From Auanema rhodensis (Eukaryota; Animalia; Nematoda), in NCBI GenBank assembly GCA_964057225.1, contig OZ059894.1, forward strand, positions 8,680,001 to 8,744,000: DNA of 64,000 bases, written 5' to 3'. The position numbers and the translations under genes are program-made. Below are positions 31,172-43,769 of the stretch, in pieces. Under the pieces are notes generated by a model. It was not told where the DNA came from. It searched no databases and saw only the letters and a program-made list of their open reading frames with translations. Positions within the stretch are counted from its first letter, which is position 1. Every line of letters starts with the position of its first letter.

Positions 31172-33044
31172 ATGATATTCATCAGCCTACTAGCATGCTC
31201 TTTGGCATTCGCCTCTAACCTTGATTCTTCCTCCAATTTCAACAAGAAAGGTGAGTCTTTCATTCCCTTTTTCTGAAAAGTTCCTTGTACTTATTTTCTG
31301 TCTGCAGATGATGGAGTACTTGTACAAAATGGTGAATTATCTTTGAAAGACAGTGAAATAACTCTTCTAATGAATTCAAGTTATGAAATTATTGAAGACT
31401 TTCAGGTATGTCATCGTTATGTTTTTCCTCATCAACTATTTTAAAATCCAAAAAACTGTCTTTCACGCATCATAACTTAATTTCCTTATTTGCTATTCCC
31501 CTAATCATTTTAGTTTTATATCAGTTGAATGTTTTTTTTCACGAAGTTTAATTGTTCTTTTTATCAGCTTATCTATCTTAAAAAAATTGTTTGAAAAGAC
31601 AAATCTGATTTCACACCCAAATATGACGAATAATAAAACTATCCTTTTTCATTGTAACAAAAATGTATTTTTGTATATTGAATATGATACCGTTTCTTAT
31701 AGAATAACTCAACAAATGTTGATGGAATTGGTAATGAGACGATTGTCGAAACAACAACAACTCCAGAAGTTGTTACTAAGCAATTTAGTCGTCTCCCACA
31801 TCCCAAATCAATCATTTCTAATATCAAAAATACTCGATTCAAGAAGTACACCAATTTCGACGTCCTTCCCAAAAAATTTGTTTTCAATTCAGATTGCGAC
31901 CTTTATCGGAAAATTGTCGTCAGTACACTGTAGAGCAGAAATATAATCTGCTAGAAAAGGCTGGAGGGAGAAATCAGGTTGTTCACTGTCATCAATTTTT
32001 TTAATATTCTACTGCTTTCAGTTATTTATGGCAGAAACCCCTGAAGAAGCATCGAAAGGTTTCGCATCATTCTATGCCGAAGAAAACGAAATGAGTTTGG
32101 CTGATGACGTTCAATCGGTGAGCGGAGAATCCCTCTGCCTCTTTCTATTTCCATTCTCTCATCACATAATCCATTTTTCTATCCTATCGTGCCCTTCATC
32201 CGTCTTTCTTCCTTCCTTTCTTGATCATCATCTTCATTCTTCATCTCTCTGTCTCTATCTTTTTTCACAAATTCAGCTCATTATCGCTTGTATTTACACC
32301 AGACAGCAGTCATCTAGAACTTCAGGAGGTTGATGTCGACTTTTGTGACTCACGATGCGAAACAATCAAATCGCAGTTGGAATATGCTCTACAAGAACGT
32401 CAGATGAGCATTCAAGCGAACAGCCTGAAGCTTCATGATGATACTTCCGCTGCTACTGGAGAAAAACTGGAAGTCGATGAGGGTGATATAAGAAGAAGAA
32501 GCTGTTTCCTTGGTGCTTTATATTGCCTAACAGAAATATGATTTTTTCGTTTTCAAGATAGTTTCGTGCCAATAGGAAACTGCTCCATTCCGGGCGAAGA
32601 TGATTCCTGGACACATGAAAGCTTATGTTCTGGTCAGTCATTGAATGATGGATGCAGTTTATAGCTTTCAATTTTTAGAATGCAGAGGGATATATCTTCT
32701 CAGCAAAGAATGTTTCCCGACATTCTTTAACACCGTCAAATGTAATTCACAGGATGTTGGCTGCATATTTGACACATTTTCGGACAGAGGTATCACTCTT
32801 TGCCCTAGTAGCATTTTTCATATTCATATCTTTTTAGCTCATGGAGAGTGTAACTCCCAATCATTATCCTTTAAAGTATTGCGTAACAGGGGTAATAATC
32901 AATGTGAGGATTGGGTCGTAGAGCATATTGAGGTATGAAAATCCGTTGTCGTAGAAGAGATTCGAGTTTCAGCTTCCTGTCGCATGTCAATGTATGCTTA
33001 GTAAATCTTCATGGTTACGATCAAGACCTCCCAAAGAATTGTAG
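31172..33044 (+). CDS. Secreted cystine-knot growth-factor-like protein (Trunk/PTTH/Noggin-like)
   Basis: Signal peptide MIFISLLACSLAFAS and a long pro-like region. C-terminal domain LCSECRGIYLLSKECFPTFFNTVKC...GC...HGECNSQSLSFKVLRNRG...CEDWVVEHIELPVACQC. About 10 exons join in frame. Confidence 0.75.
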
Positions 33045-33294
33045 ATTTTAAAATCGCTAAATTTCGCCACATTCCCATGAAAAGCACGGGTTTTTATTTC
33101 ATGCTTAAAAAAATAAATAAAACAGTGATATGTTACAAATATGAAGCGATAGTATAGATACAGATAAAGCTCTGTTATAAATAAATTATACTAGAAATGT
33201 AATATGTACAAGCATCTACAGACAAGAAAATAAGAACCGGCATAAAATGATAAAAGCTTCAAAAGAAATAGGCGTTAAACGAAAGACCAGATGA

Positions 33295-34121
33295 TCAGAG
33301 CTCCGAAGCTAAAACGGAATGTGGGTATTTCGCTTTTAACTGTTCCCACTGAACAATCACATCATCGGCCAATCCGGAATAGTATAAAATTGCTCCTGAA
33401 AACTATAATTGGAACGCAATTCGATCGCATCTTTTCTTACCGGAAAGGGAAAGTTTCTCTACTCTACACAGGGATTCTTCGTATATGATAACGGTATCGC
33501 GGAGTCTTAAGAGATCAAATAAAGCAGCGGCTAAAACAACAGGTATACAAGTTCCGGGACCATTCACAAGTACAAGATCCGGACTAGAAAAGAAAAAAAT
33601 GAGAAAAAATTTACACAAGGAACTTACTTGGATTCCCAAACCAGTTTGAATGAGTAGACAAAGGCTTGCAATGTTGTAAAAATTGAGGTAAAATAGCTTT
33701 GTCCAACTTCGCGACTGCGGGGCAGGTATTTCACAAATATTTCAATATTCTCTGGTGTTCCATGTTGATAAATCTAAGAAAATAACATTATACTGGTACG
33801 GCAAAATAACAAACCTTGTTTTCACTCATTTTATCTGTATCAGCAATAACATAAACACGAGGGCTGTAACGTTGATCAAAATGCTTCAAAAGCTCTAACA
33901 TTTCAGTAGTATGCCCTTAATTAAACGAATTAAAACGTATGAATACTTAATTTGGAAATACCGCCAGATCCTAAAACCGTGAGCAAGGACACTGCTGATC
34001 TTTTTTTCAAGGTATATTTACCATGTTTTGAATGACGAACAAGATAAGCTAAATAAGCTGTTCCTACCCAAACACCAAACAGTACAACTGCAAGAACACA
34101 GAAGAATATGAAAAAGCCCAT
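33295..34121 (-). CDS. alg14: ALG14, UDP-GlcNAc transferase subunit (N-glycan precursor synthesis)
   Basis: N-terminal transmembrane segment, VLGSGGHTTEM, PRSREVGQSY, PDLVLVNGPGTCIP, YEESLCRVEKLSLSG and VQWEQL. Ends ASEL*. Confidence 0.93.
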
Positions 34122-34324
34122 AGTCTAAAAATACATCCATGAGTTTAAGAAAATAATTTAGACACCTGCTAAAAAAATACAGTCAGTTCAATATTTTTTT
34201 TACAAAGTTATCAGCATGAAATAAACTATGAACTAGAGTTTAAAGAATCTATGAATACCGCATAATGATACTGTAAATTAATGAAAAATATAAATATAAT
34301 AATGCAAAAGCTTCTGCACTTCAA

Positions 34325-34355
34325 AACGTACGCGAAAGAGCGTCACGTGTAATTG
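34325..34355. promoter_or_regulatory. Candidate bidirectional promoter core between ALG14 and the NCBP3-like gene
   Basis: A small CG-rich patch in AT-rich DNA, with an E2F-like TTTCGCG (minus strand, 34331-34337) and an E-box GTCACGTG (34342-34349). Confidence 0.45.
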
Positions 34356-34677
34356 CGACTTGTTATTCTATTTTTGTTTTTTAGCGTTTGTTATATCGGT
34401 CTGTTTTTTTCTACTGTTTACTACTGTTGGTAAAGAATATATGAATTTTAATAAAAATATAAAGAAGCATGTTTCAAAAGGTTTTCTTTTTTATGAACTA
34501 CCTATGAATATTTATTGGAACATGTTTTACATTTGTAATTGAGAATTTACTAGTGGTATAGTAACTCAAGATGTGTTTTCCAAATGCCTCAAGTTAATTT
34601 TTAAGCGTAGATGCAGTTTTAGCTTTATTTCTTCATTGTTATTTCAGGTATAATCTCTGACTGGAGTTAATTACAAA

Positions 34678-37600
34678 ATGGATGGAAGTAAGTATTAAGT
34701 GTAAGTGTCTCATTTAATATTTGTTCAGTTGATGTGGATTTGGATTACGACGAAGATGGAACTCACCAAGAAAATGGTTCATCATCACAAGATCATCACC
34801 AATCCAGTAATAGAATAAATGTTTGTTTTTTTTTATTAAAATTTTTCTGTGTAACGTAACTTTTTGAATTTCGAACTTTTGTTTCGAGTTCCAATTTTTA
34901 TGTGCTTTCTAAATTTATTCAAATCATAGTTACGCTAATTTGAAACAAAAGTTCGAAAATTCACAAGCTTTTTGACTTACAAGATATATAAGCATTGTTG
35001 GGATTTTTGGAAACCATTTGTATCTTCTTTTATAAACCCTTAGTGGTGTTCCATGTATCCGATACGGATGTTAGCTGAGGGACTCTCAAAGCATGACTGA
35101 GTATCCAATTGCACGGGTTTCTGTGTTAGCATGCGCCCATCGACTGAATACGAAACTGGTGCCGGCATTGAATGACTATGGCTTGACTGATTCTGCTCCT
35201 TTTTCATTCCAACCAATGAGCATGATGGCTGTTGAGAAGATGTGTTTAGTAATGCTTAATGAGGGAGAGCTATTGGGTTTTCGTGTGAAATTTAAGTAAT
35301 CCTAGTTTGTATGATTGTATCTTACTCGAAAAAAACTCGTAAAATCTTGAATTGTTGAAAACGAAGTATACTTTTAAAACATTTTAGTACTTAAGTTACG
35401 ATTTTTTTTCGATTGATTCATGTTTTGCTATGGTTTCTGCAAACTTCTACTTCTTTTTGAGCACCGTATGATCCAATCCGAGGTTTTTTTATGTCGTCAT
35501 TCCCTAGACAAGGTGCCCTACAAAATCCATTCAAGGTCGCTAGTGCCACGGGACAGAATTATCGATGATTCGATAATACATCCTGTTCATAAAATAACAC
35601 TGAACAGATAAGTCCTTTGGTTAACACCATCAGACCCCAACTAGAACTCTACAAATTCTTTACTACATCTAAGACTTCATTCTATGTATATACCCCGTTC
35701 ACCCTATTAGGAAGATAAATGACGTGGACTAGATGTTTCGATGTTTTGCATATGGATATATGGCTAGTGACCCTTCGTTCTTTGTCTTACCACCTTCTCC
35801 TTTTTCTTTTATACTATGTATAGTCTATTCAATGACGCCTTTGTGAATTGAGCCCACGTCCTTGCCTCTTCTTCCTATACTATTTGCCCAACAGTACTCT
35901 CTACCTCCGCGTCCTCTAATTACACCAAACTGGATTTAGAACAGCCGCTTCAATCCTTATTCAGGCGCCTATAATGTCATTGATCTCTTATGATTTTGTT
36001 CTGAATTGGAGGAAACTTTCTTATAATATTTTTTTTCTGGAACAACTTCACATCCACATACCTATACTGCATCACATCCCTCAAAGTATATTAATCATTG
36101 CAGCGTTAACACTCTAAGTGATTATCGCAATAATTGAAGAATGAATTCTAGTAACAGGAAATTGATGGCTATCATCTTTTAGTTTTCTATGCATCTAAAC
36201 TATGGTGCCTGCGGCGATCGATGTGCGTTTGTAGTTATGTATGGCCGGCCGTCGACGGCATCGCCCCGCCCATTCGGCTGCCTTTTCTGCTGCTGCGCTC
36301 CACGCCTCCGCCAGTCGGTCATCCCTCTCCTCTCCTATCCATCCGCTCTCCTCTCCGCTCTTCGGTCGTCCCTCCTTCCCTCTTCGCCACATTCAGCAGC
36401 AGAACCCCATGTCCACCTGCTCGTCAGTTTGTTTCAATCTGTTATTACTCAGTCTAGTGAATTTGGACCCACCTGCTAGTCTTGCAAATATAAGTAACCA
36501 GTCGTGTACATTCGGAGAGGGAAACTAGTGTAAGTAGCGTCTACTACCCAGAATCAATGCAGTTGAAATTTTATACATTGCACGTATATGTTTAGGTATA
36601 ATTTTCATTTGTGTAGTTTCTAGACTTTTGTTCGTTTCTGTTGCTCTGTTGAATATTTCTATTTTGCGGTGTGTGCGGATGTTGGCTGGGCAACAAAATG
36701 TGCGATCCAGATGTGCACACTCAGGCTTTATACATCGATCAAACACGCAGTTTCCACTTGTAATGAGCTGTGCTCTAGATTTTGGTCATGCAATATCTTA
36801 TCCCATTTTTACTGATCATTCTTCAATCGACATTTACATTGCTAAAAGGCGCATCGCTCGCCGCCTGAATCTTTCGTCTCAACCTCTGTTGAACGTAGGT
36901 GAGCAAAGTTTCAGGTGTGCGAGAGAACGCGTCCAAATACAACACCTCGTCGAAAACTCATAACCATCTTTGCACTTTGCTTATGTTACCCTTTTCATTT
37001 TTATATATTTTCTTATGATATTTAGAATCGCTTCTTAAATTCTGCCGTTCTGTTTTTCGGTGTTGAAAACTATTGTTATGCGTCACATTAGTATCTACGT
37101 GGCGTACGAATACTAATGAGAGTTTTCGAGCAAAAGTGTCTTTGTCCGCGTAATTAGCATCTTTTAGTCTTTACCTTAGAAATGTAAGACTTTGTTGTTG
37201 AGGCGACTATACCACAAAGCATTTTGCTTTTTAAGGGCACGAAATGCAAATTCTGAAGAATTGAAAAATATGTAGATGAAGAATATGAACTGAATATTTT
37301 TTAAATACCAGCTGCGTCCATATGACACCTTTTCGTTCGATTGTGGGCAATAGTATTCTTATAACAAGGTTGCCATGCTGCGAGGATTAGATAGACAATC
37401 CGGAAGGTCAATAGGGATTTCTACTCCGTTAAGACAGATGATATTCTCATTTGTACCTTCTAAATATGAACTTTCCCACAATGCAGACTTATAAGCATAA
37501 ATATATAGTGAAGGCAAATTCCTCATGTGAATTTGAGGCTAAAGATTAAAAACTGATTTTTCGTGCCAGTTCGGCTTTGTTGACGAAGCAACGTGCTGTT

Positions 37601-39168
37601 TTCTTGAATAAAATTCTTCAATATTTCAGTATACCGAAAGAGCTCCTGAAGATGATCAAGATGCAGGGAATGACAACGATGAGGATAGTAAAAGAGTTGA
37701 CGCGGAAAGAAGAGCAAAAAGATTCGGAATCGAACCAATCTCGAAAATTGAGGTATGTTTAATAATAATAATTGTTATTTCCGATTGTATGTTTCTCTCG
37801 GAATAATTGTGATGTGAGACATCAACAGATGAACCTAATACGGTCATTATCGAAAGAGCTGCAATAATTAGATCCACTCGGATGCGCGTCGCTCCCTTCT
37901 CAATACTACTACCTTACTCTTGGGAAATATGGGGAGGTAACATTCTGAAACCAATCTGACTGATCCTTGATAAGCTGTAAAATCTAAAGGCAATTAACTA
38001 AGATCTGAAAGTCATGATATTCAAGAAATTGCATCTCTCTGGGATGCATGGTTTTTTCTATAGGGCACAAAATCTAGATGGATATACAATTCTATATGAG
38101 AAAATTATGTTGTGTCTGTTATTTGCAGAAATCTGAAAGTTGTTTGAAATTTTACCTATCCTTGTTAACTCTAAAAATCTATGAAGGTTGGGTTAATGTA
38201 GTTGTGTCGAAAAGAGGTAGTTCCATTATGCCTCGATCAATCATCATCAGCCGCACATGGAATGACGATCGCGCTTGGCTGGCCCGTTTAATTGCCATCA
38301 CCATCATGACCACCACCATGCGTCGAGACGATCAGTTGTGAGAGAAGGAGATATACAGACATACATATAGAACATCGACATGATTTTAGTCTAGTTGCTG
38401 TGGATACTATTCAACATGAGGGATACAGTAGCGTTCCTGTCCAAATAAAAATAGTATTCAACATTTCGAATCTTTAGCTGAGTTGTATGTGTTATATGAG
38501 TTAAAAGAGCAATTACTAATATGCTAAATATGCTATAGCTTCTTATTCTAAGCGTATCTTCCGACATGTCGACTCCATTATCTAAATAACTGGCTGTTTG
38601 AATGATGGATTACTGACAATGAAGAGTGTATGGCTTTGATAGCCATGATTGGATGTATATTTCTATTCTGCGTAGAGAGAGAGAGAGCTCGTTTTACTTG
38701 GAAACAGCCATGAAACTTTTATGCATTGCTTTAAGAATCTGACTCATCTCCAATGAAAATAACTAGTTCTGCTATAGCTTTCTAAAGATAGCGGTAGTTT
38801 GAAATTTGGAATTTCTATTGACCAACTTTTGATTGCCAATTTCTGTAATTGAATTTTCTGTGTGAATTTTACAAAAGAAGAGAGTTCAGAACTTAAAAGG
38901 CTGCTTTCTATCTGAATGGTTCATTTTTCAAAATGAGAATTCAGGGACCTCAAGCATATGCAAAACCCGGCTCTCACTCTTTCACTTTCCATCTATGTTT
39001 TAGTTGGGATTTTCTATAGTTGTCGACTGCATTATGTCTACACGGGAGCTGTCAATAAGAGCCCACTCTTTGTTACGTGTTCGACATGGACTGGAAGTCA
39101 CCCAATATTAGTAACCAAAGCTTTGCCTAACCAGCAAAAGTAAAAGAAGGGCTGTGCATATTGAATAG

Positions 39169-39225
<57 letters not shown>

Positions 39226-42200
39226 CACTTGAGTTCTATGTATATTTTCTTATATTTAACTATATATATATATATATGTATATGCGTGGTATCCTACGTG
39301 ATCTTAAGATTATCTTAGTGATGCTAGTGTTAGGGGTACAAGTCAAGGTGCGAAGTGTAGATAAGACAAGACAGTGATTGGCTGTCGCTATCTATGCATG
39401 GCGAAGCACTGATCGCTCCCATGGGATACTAGAGCGAGAGCTAATCCGTTCATATATCTTTGTTTTTTAATCTACGCTTGTGAAATTGTATTTATGTTAT
39501 CTTTGAACGTCTTCAGGGTTTTAGTGACGCTAATTACGACAATGAATTTTAATGTTTTTTCCAGATTTCCAAGGAAGATTTGTCGGCTTTATGTGCCGAT
39601 TTACGCATAGTGTCTGGCTTACACACTGCTCGGACGGTATTGGTTAAAGGAATAGATGGGATGACCAAGTACACTGTCGAGAAGTAGGTGTTCCTGTTAT
39701 TTGAGCTCTATCCGCTTTGTTCACAACGTTAAGATACTTCTTGGCGTTTACCGCGGCTACCGTACTTATTCTTTTGTTTCTAACTTTTGTATTTGTCTAC
39801 TGCGATTGGCTGCTCTTTTTTCTTAGGCATTGACATGAAAACGGTAGTCTTGGTATAGGTACGGGTTCGAAGTAATTTTCAGTGATTTTTGCATGATTAT
39901 AATGTTACAGAATCTTTGCCGCTTTTCACCCATATAGAGTAGAGGTGGTAGATGATTCAACAGCGTTTGTTTTGTTTACAAGCAAAATCGAAGCAGCAGC
40001 AGTTTGTTCATCTTTTAAAAATAGCAAAACTTTTATTTGTTAAGATGTTTATTGATATGTCTAAAAGTTTACGACGAATAAAGAAGCATCGTCCGGCTGA
40101 TGAAGAAGGGGAAGTATTATCGGATGATGAAGATGGGCAATTAAAGGATGAAGCTGGTGATGATGTTGCTGTTGTTATGAGTCAAGGTCAGTATTTCTTG
40201 ATTGCGAAGTTTGTGTTACAAATTCGAACTAAACGTAATCGAAATAGCAAAATTTCTTGGCAGTTAAGACCAAAGTATTCTTCTCCTGTAGAAGGTTAGA
40301 TAAAACGGACATCATTTTCTATGTCATCTTCTCATACTCATTAAAATATTTGTCACTCTCAGAGTTCACGTCGAAGTAGAACAGCGTAGTTTTGACGAAT
40401 TCCTAGCTATCTCTTTGATGGGGGATTACAATGAGAAAATCTCAATCCTCACGAGCCACACGCAATACACAATGTTTGTATATAGCTCATATAAACATCT
40501 GTCTCCAGGCTGCGTCAATTCTGTTCAAAAGGTCAGACTGGTAAGCAAGACAGAGCAGGCTGTAGCCAAATAACCATTACCATGGTATGCAATGAGATAG
40601 GGGTAAGCATACTGGCTCACCAATGAACAATAGCGGCATATTGCTGTGACCGAAGCTCATATGGACTCTATTAACTCTTCAAAGCAAATGATGAGGTCGA
40701 ACGTATTGATTCCGGCTTTCTCATGTAAGCCACAATGCGATATCCACATGAGTGAATTAATATAGATGACGTCGCTGTGAATTGAAACCAGTGAATATCA
40801 TCTAGCACTCCAGTCTCTTTTTCTCTGCACAATTTTTCTAAAGTATGTAAGTGAACGCAAAGCCTCTTACTTCACATATGGAAGTGGAAGAAGGCTGGGG
40901 GTTTTTGTTTGGAAAGAAGTACTCCAAGGATTTTGAAATATGTATAATATATAAAACAAATTGGAATTTTGAAAAATAATTTCAATTTTTGGTAATGGCT
41001 CCGAATACTTTAATTTATATATATCAACAGTTGTTTTTTTATGGTCTTTTTCATACTCAGTAATGAATCAAGTTTCAATATATTTTCTATAAATGTTGGA
41101 GCAAAATAGAAAGATCGTTACAGCCAGTAACAGTGAGAAGGGTGGTATCATCTACAATAGGGAGCTGAAGTGTTTGCTTGACAGGAAACTCAATCGGTCA
41201 GATGTAACAAAGGGGTTCGGTTGAACACTTATGAAAGTCAAAGAAATGTTGTAATCATTGAGATGTTATTCTTTAATTCGGAGCATCTATGAAATAGGTA
41301 TAAAATAGGTTCCTGTTTCCCTGATTCGAAGTTACTTTTACATTAAAGCTAGGAATCAAAATTGTTTTTAGTTCTGCATCTGCAGGAATGCGATATTATA
41401 AAATTATGAATGTTACAATCATGCTATTTAATTTTTTGAGTTGGTTTGCAACATAATAATTTCAAAAAAAATTCAATACTTGTATTCTAATGAAATGCTG
41501 TTTCGATGTTGAAGACTTCTCGACGTGACCTGCGCATAATGACCAAACCATGGCTGGCATTCGGGCATTTCAAATGAAATATTGATTATGGTTATGTTAA
41601 TGAAAATTTTTAATTGCTCTGCCAACGTCAGTAAGATTTTAAAGCTGTCATTGTGTCATAGTAGTTTATCCTAAGAATATTTATTGCAATGGATAAACAT
41701 GACTATTGTGAATTGCGAATAATGGGATTTTACAAAGTAAATCATGACTTATGTAACAGAATATATGATTTTCGCTATGAATGCTATTTATGACTTTGAA
41801 TTCTCGTTGTTTGCGTATTTACTTACTAATTGGTTGGATAAATGGTAATATTTCAAATGATATTATTTTCCAAGCTTATGAGGTTTATAGCCTTATACTT
41901 TGTCATTGAGAAATAGAATTTTACCACTGAGTTTACTTGCGGATAATGTTTATTATCTCGTTGGTGTATATGATTTGCTTTGAGGTGAGGTATACCTCAG
42001 CCCTGCTAATATAACATCGATGAAACACAATGTGTATGTTTTGACCCATCGGTTTTAATGATATACAAAGCAAATAAACTACAGAACGAATTTGCAATGC
42101 GGTTTGACGATTGTGCGTGAGCTTTGTCTGGCTGAATACTGATTACTGTTGTGTAAACATAGTACAAAGCTTTTATTTTCCTGATCTGAGTAAACGCTGA

Positions 42201-43769
42201 TATCATTGATATTATGCGTATAATGAATATGAAAATCTCAACGTATACCTTAGTTGTCAAAGAGGTTGTATTATGTTTCAGATGGGAAACAAGTTGAACG
42301 CACTGATGTGGTTGAAGTAGATATAAGAGAGGTGAACATACCTGATGGTCGTTGGAGAGTGATAACGAAGCATGTACCAGAGCATCGACTTCTTCTTGCT
42401 CGATATGCCGCAATTAGCGAAGTGAACGTAAGTGAAGTTTTGCATTGTGCAAACTGAAACTATTCAATAGGAATTCCGAAAAACTAGAAGCACTGTTTTA
42501 GTGGATGAAACCAGAAAAAGGCGTGCAGATGGTACTTTTGAAGATACAGCAGGTTTGTCTTGATTCCAGAAATGAAGTAATAAATGTCAGATTCTTTAGG
42601 ATATACGTATAATTGGAATACTGACGATAAAGTAAGACCTGGATTAAATATATTCGATCATGATGGTAATGAGTTGGAATGGGACTATGAGCATGACACT
42701 CGGTAATGTTTGAAATATTTTCCTTTCAGTACCTATTTCAACCAATCATTCAGATTTTATGTTGAGGAAGAATCAGAAAAGGATGAGAAAACAAAGATAG
42801 AAGAGCAAAAGGGGGCTCCTACCGCTATAAAGATTAAGGTTGGTTATTTTTTGATACATCAAAAGCCATATCAATTTGAAACTGGAGAAAAAAAATTGGA
42901 AAGCAGAGCATATCTCAATTTGGCTTCTCTAGAGTTCATTTCGTTTTCACCTCTGCAAAAAACGGTTGCGTTCTAAATCTACGTTAGCACAAACGGTTGC
43001 ATTCTGAATCTACCTCAGCACAAACAGTTGCATTCTAAATCTACGTTAGCACAAACGGTTGCATTCTGAATCTACGTTAGCACAAACAGTTGCATTCTAA
43101 ATCTACGTTAGCACAACCGGTTGCATTCTGAATCTACGTTAGCAAAACGGTTGCATTCAGAATTGACGTTAGCACAATCGGTTGCGTTTTGAATCTACGT
43201 CAATACAAAGGGTTGCATTCTGATTTTACTTCAACACAGACGGTTGTATTTTGATTTTACTTCAACACCCACGGTTGTATTCTGATTTTCCTTCAACACT
43301 GACGGTTGTATTTTACAATTTTATGAGTACATGCTTTATAATTTTTTTCACAACAAATACAATTATTTTTTAAATGTCTTGCTTTAGTACATAATCGAAA
43401 ACGTTCCCAGAAATTTCGACTGTAACCCCTGTTATTGAAAAGAAATTCTATGAAAATATATCCAAATAATACAGCTTGTTTATAATTGTGTTACATGAAT
43501 TCATTGTAGGGCAGAGGAGCAAAAAAAGGAAGATTTTTATATGAAGGAGGTGGTTCAACTCTTGCGTCTGATAATATAGAAGAGTCTAAAAAGTAAGTCG
43601 TATTTCAGAATATATTTAATTCTTTTTTAACAGTGTGTCTGAGTCCTTAGCGACAGATCGTGACTCTGATGTGGATTCTGAGCCAGATCTTGATCCTACC
43701 CCTACACTTCAACCATGGGATCGTCCAAGCCGACTGGGTAACAGACTCCGCAAAAAAGCAGAGTGGTGA
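34678..43769 (+). CDS. Nuclear cap-binding protein 3 (NCBP3)-family protein, probable kup-1 orthologue
   Basis: Exons at 34678, 34729, 37630 (ERRAKRFG), 39565 (VLVKGIDGMT), 39911 (YRVEVVDDSTAFVLF), 40025, 42282 (GRWRVITKH...LLARYA), 42471, 42600, 42753, 43510 and 43634 join in frame. Ends KKAEW*. Hosting mir-87 and lying upstream of pkc-1 match my recollection of C. elegans kup-1. Confidence 0.82.
36857..36924 (+). ncRNA. mir-87: microRNA mir-87 precursor, intronic and sense to the host gene
   Basis: The 3p arm GTGAGCAAAGTTTCAGGTGTGC (36899-36920) is the known miR-87 mature sequence. The 5p arm CGCCTGAATCTTTCGTCTCAACCT (36862-36885) pairs with it. Confidence 0.96.
39174..39221. repeat. (TA)n microsatellite
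   Basis: Visible TA run. Confidence 0.95.
42955..43314. repeat. 31-bp intronic minisatellite, ~12 copies
   Basis: Consensus AGCACAAACGGTTGCATTCTGAATCTACGTT, head-to-tail with no spacers. Confidence 0.95.

Noticed and set aside
36189-36963. Nested protein-coding gene in the NCBP3-like intron
   Set aside because: The ORFs on both strands result from local GC richness. The region is explained by mir-87 and its probable promoter.
40685-40800. Box C/D snoRNA candidate (ATGATGA)
   Set aside because: No properly placed D box, terminal stem or recognisable rRNA guide.
41100-41260. Possible LINE reverse-transcriptase relic (VTKG-like peptide)
   Set aside because: A single weak, frameshifted motif with no supporting RT motifs.
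42955-43314. 31-bp and 43-bp (25942-26062) arrays as CRISPR
   Set aside because: The units are head-to-tail with no unique spacers, there are no cas genes, and the context is eukaryotic.
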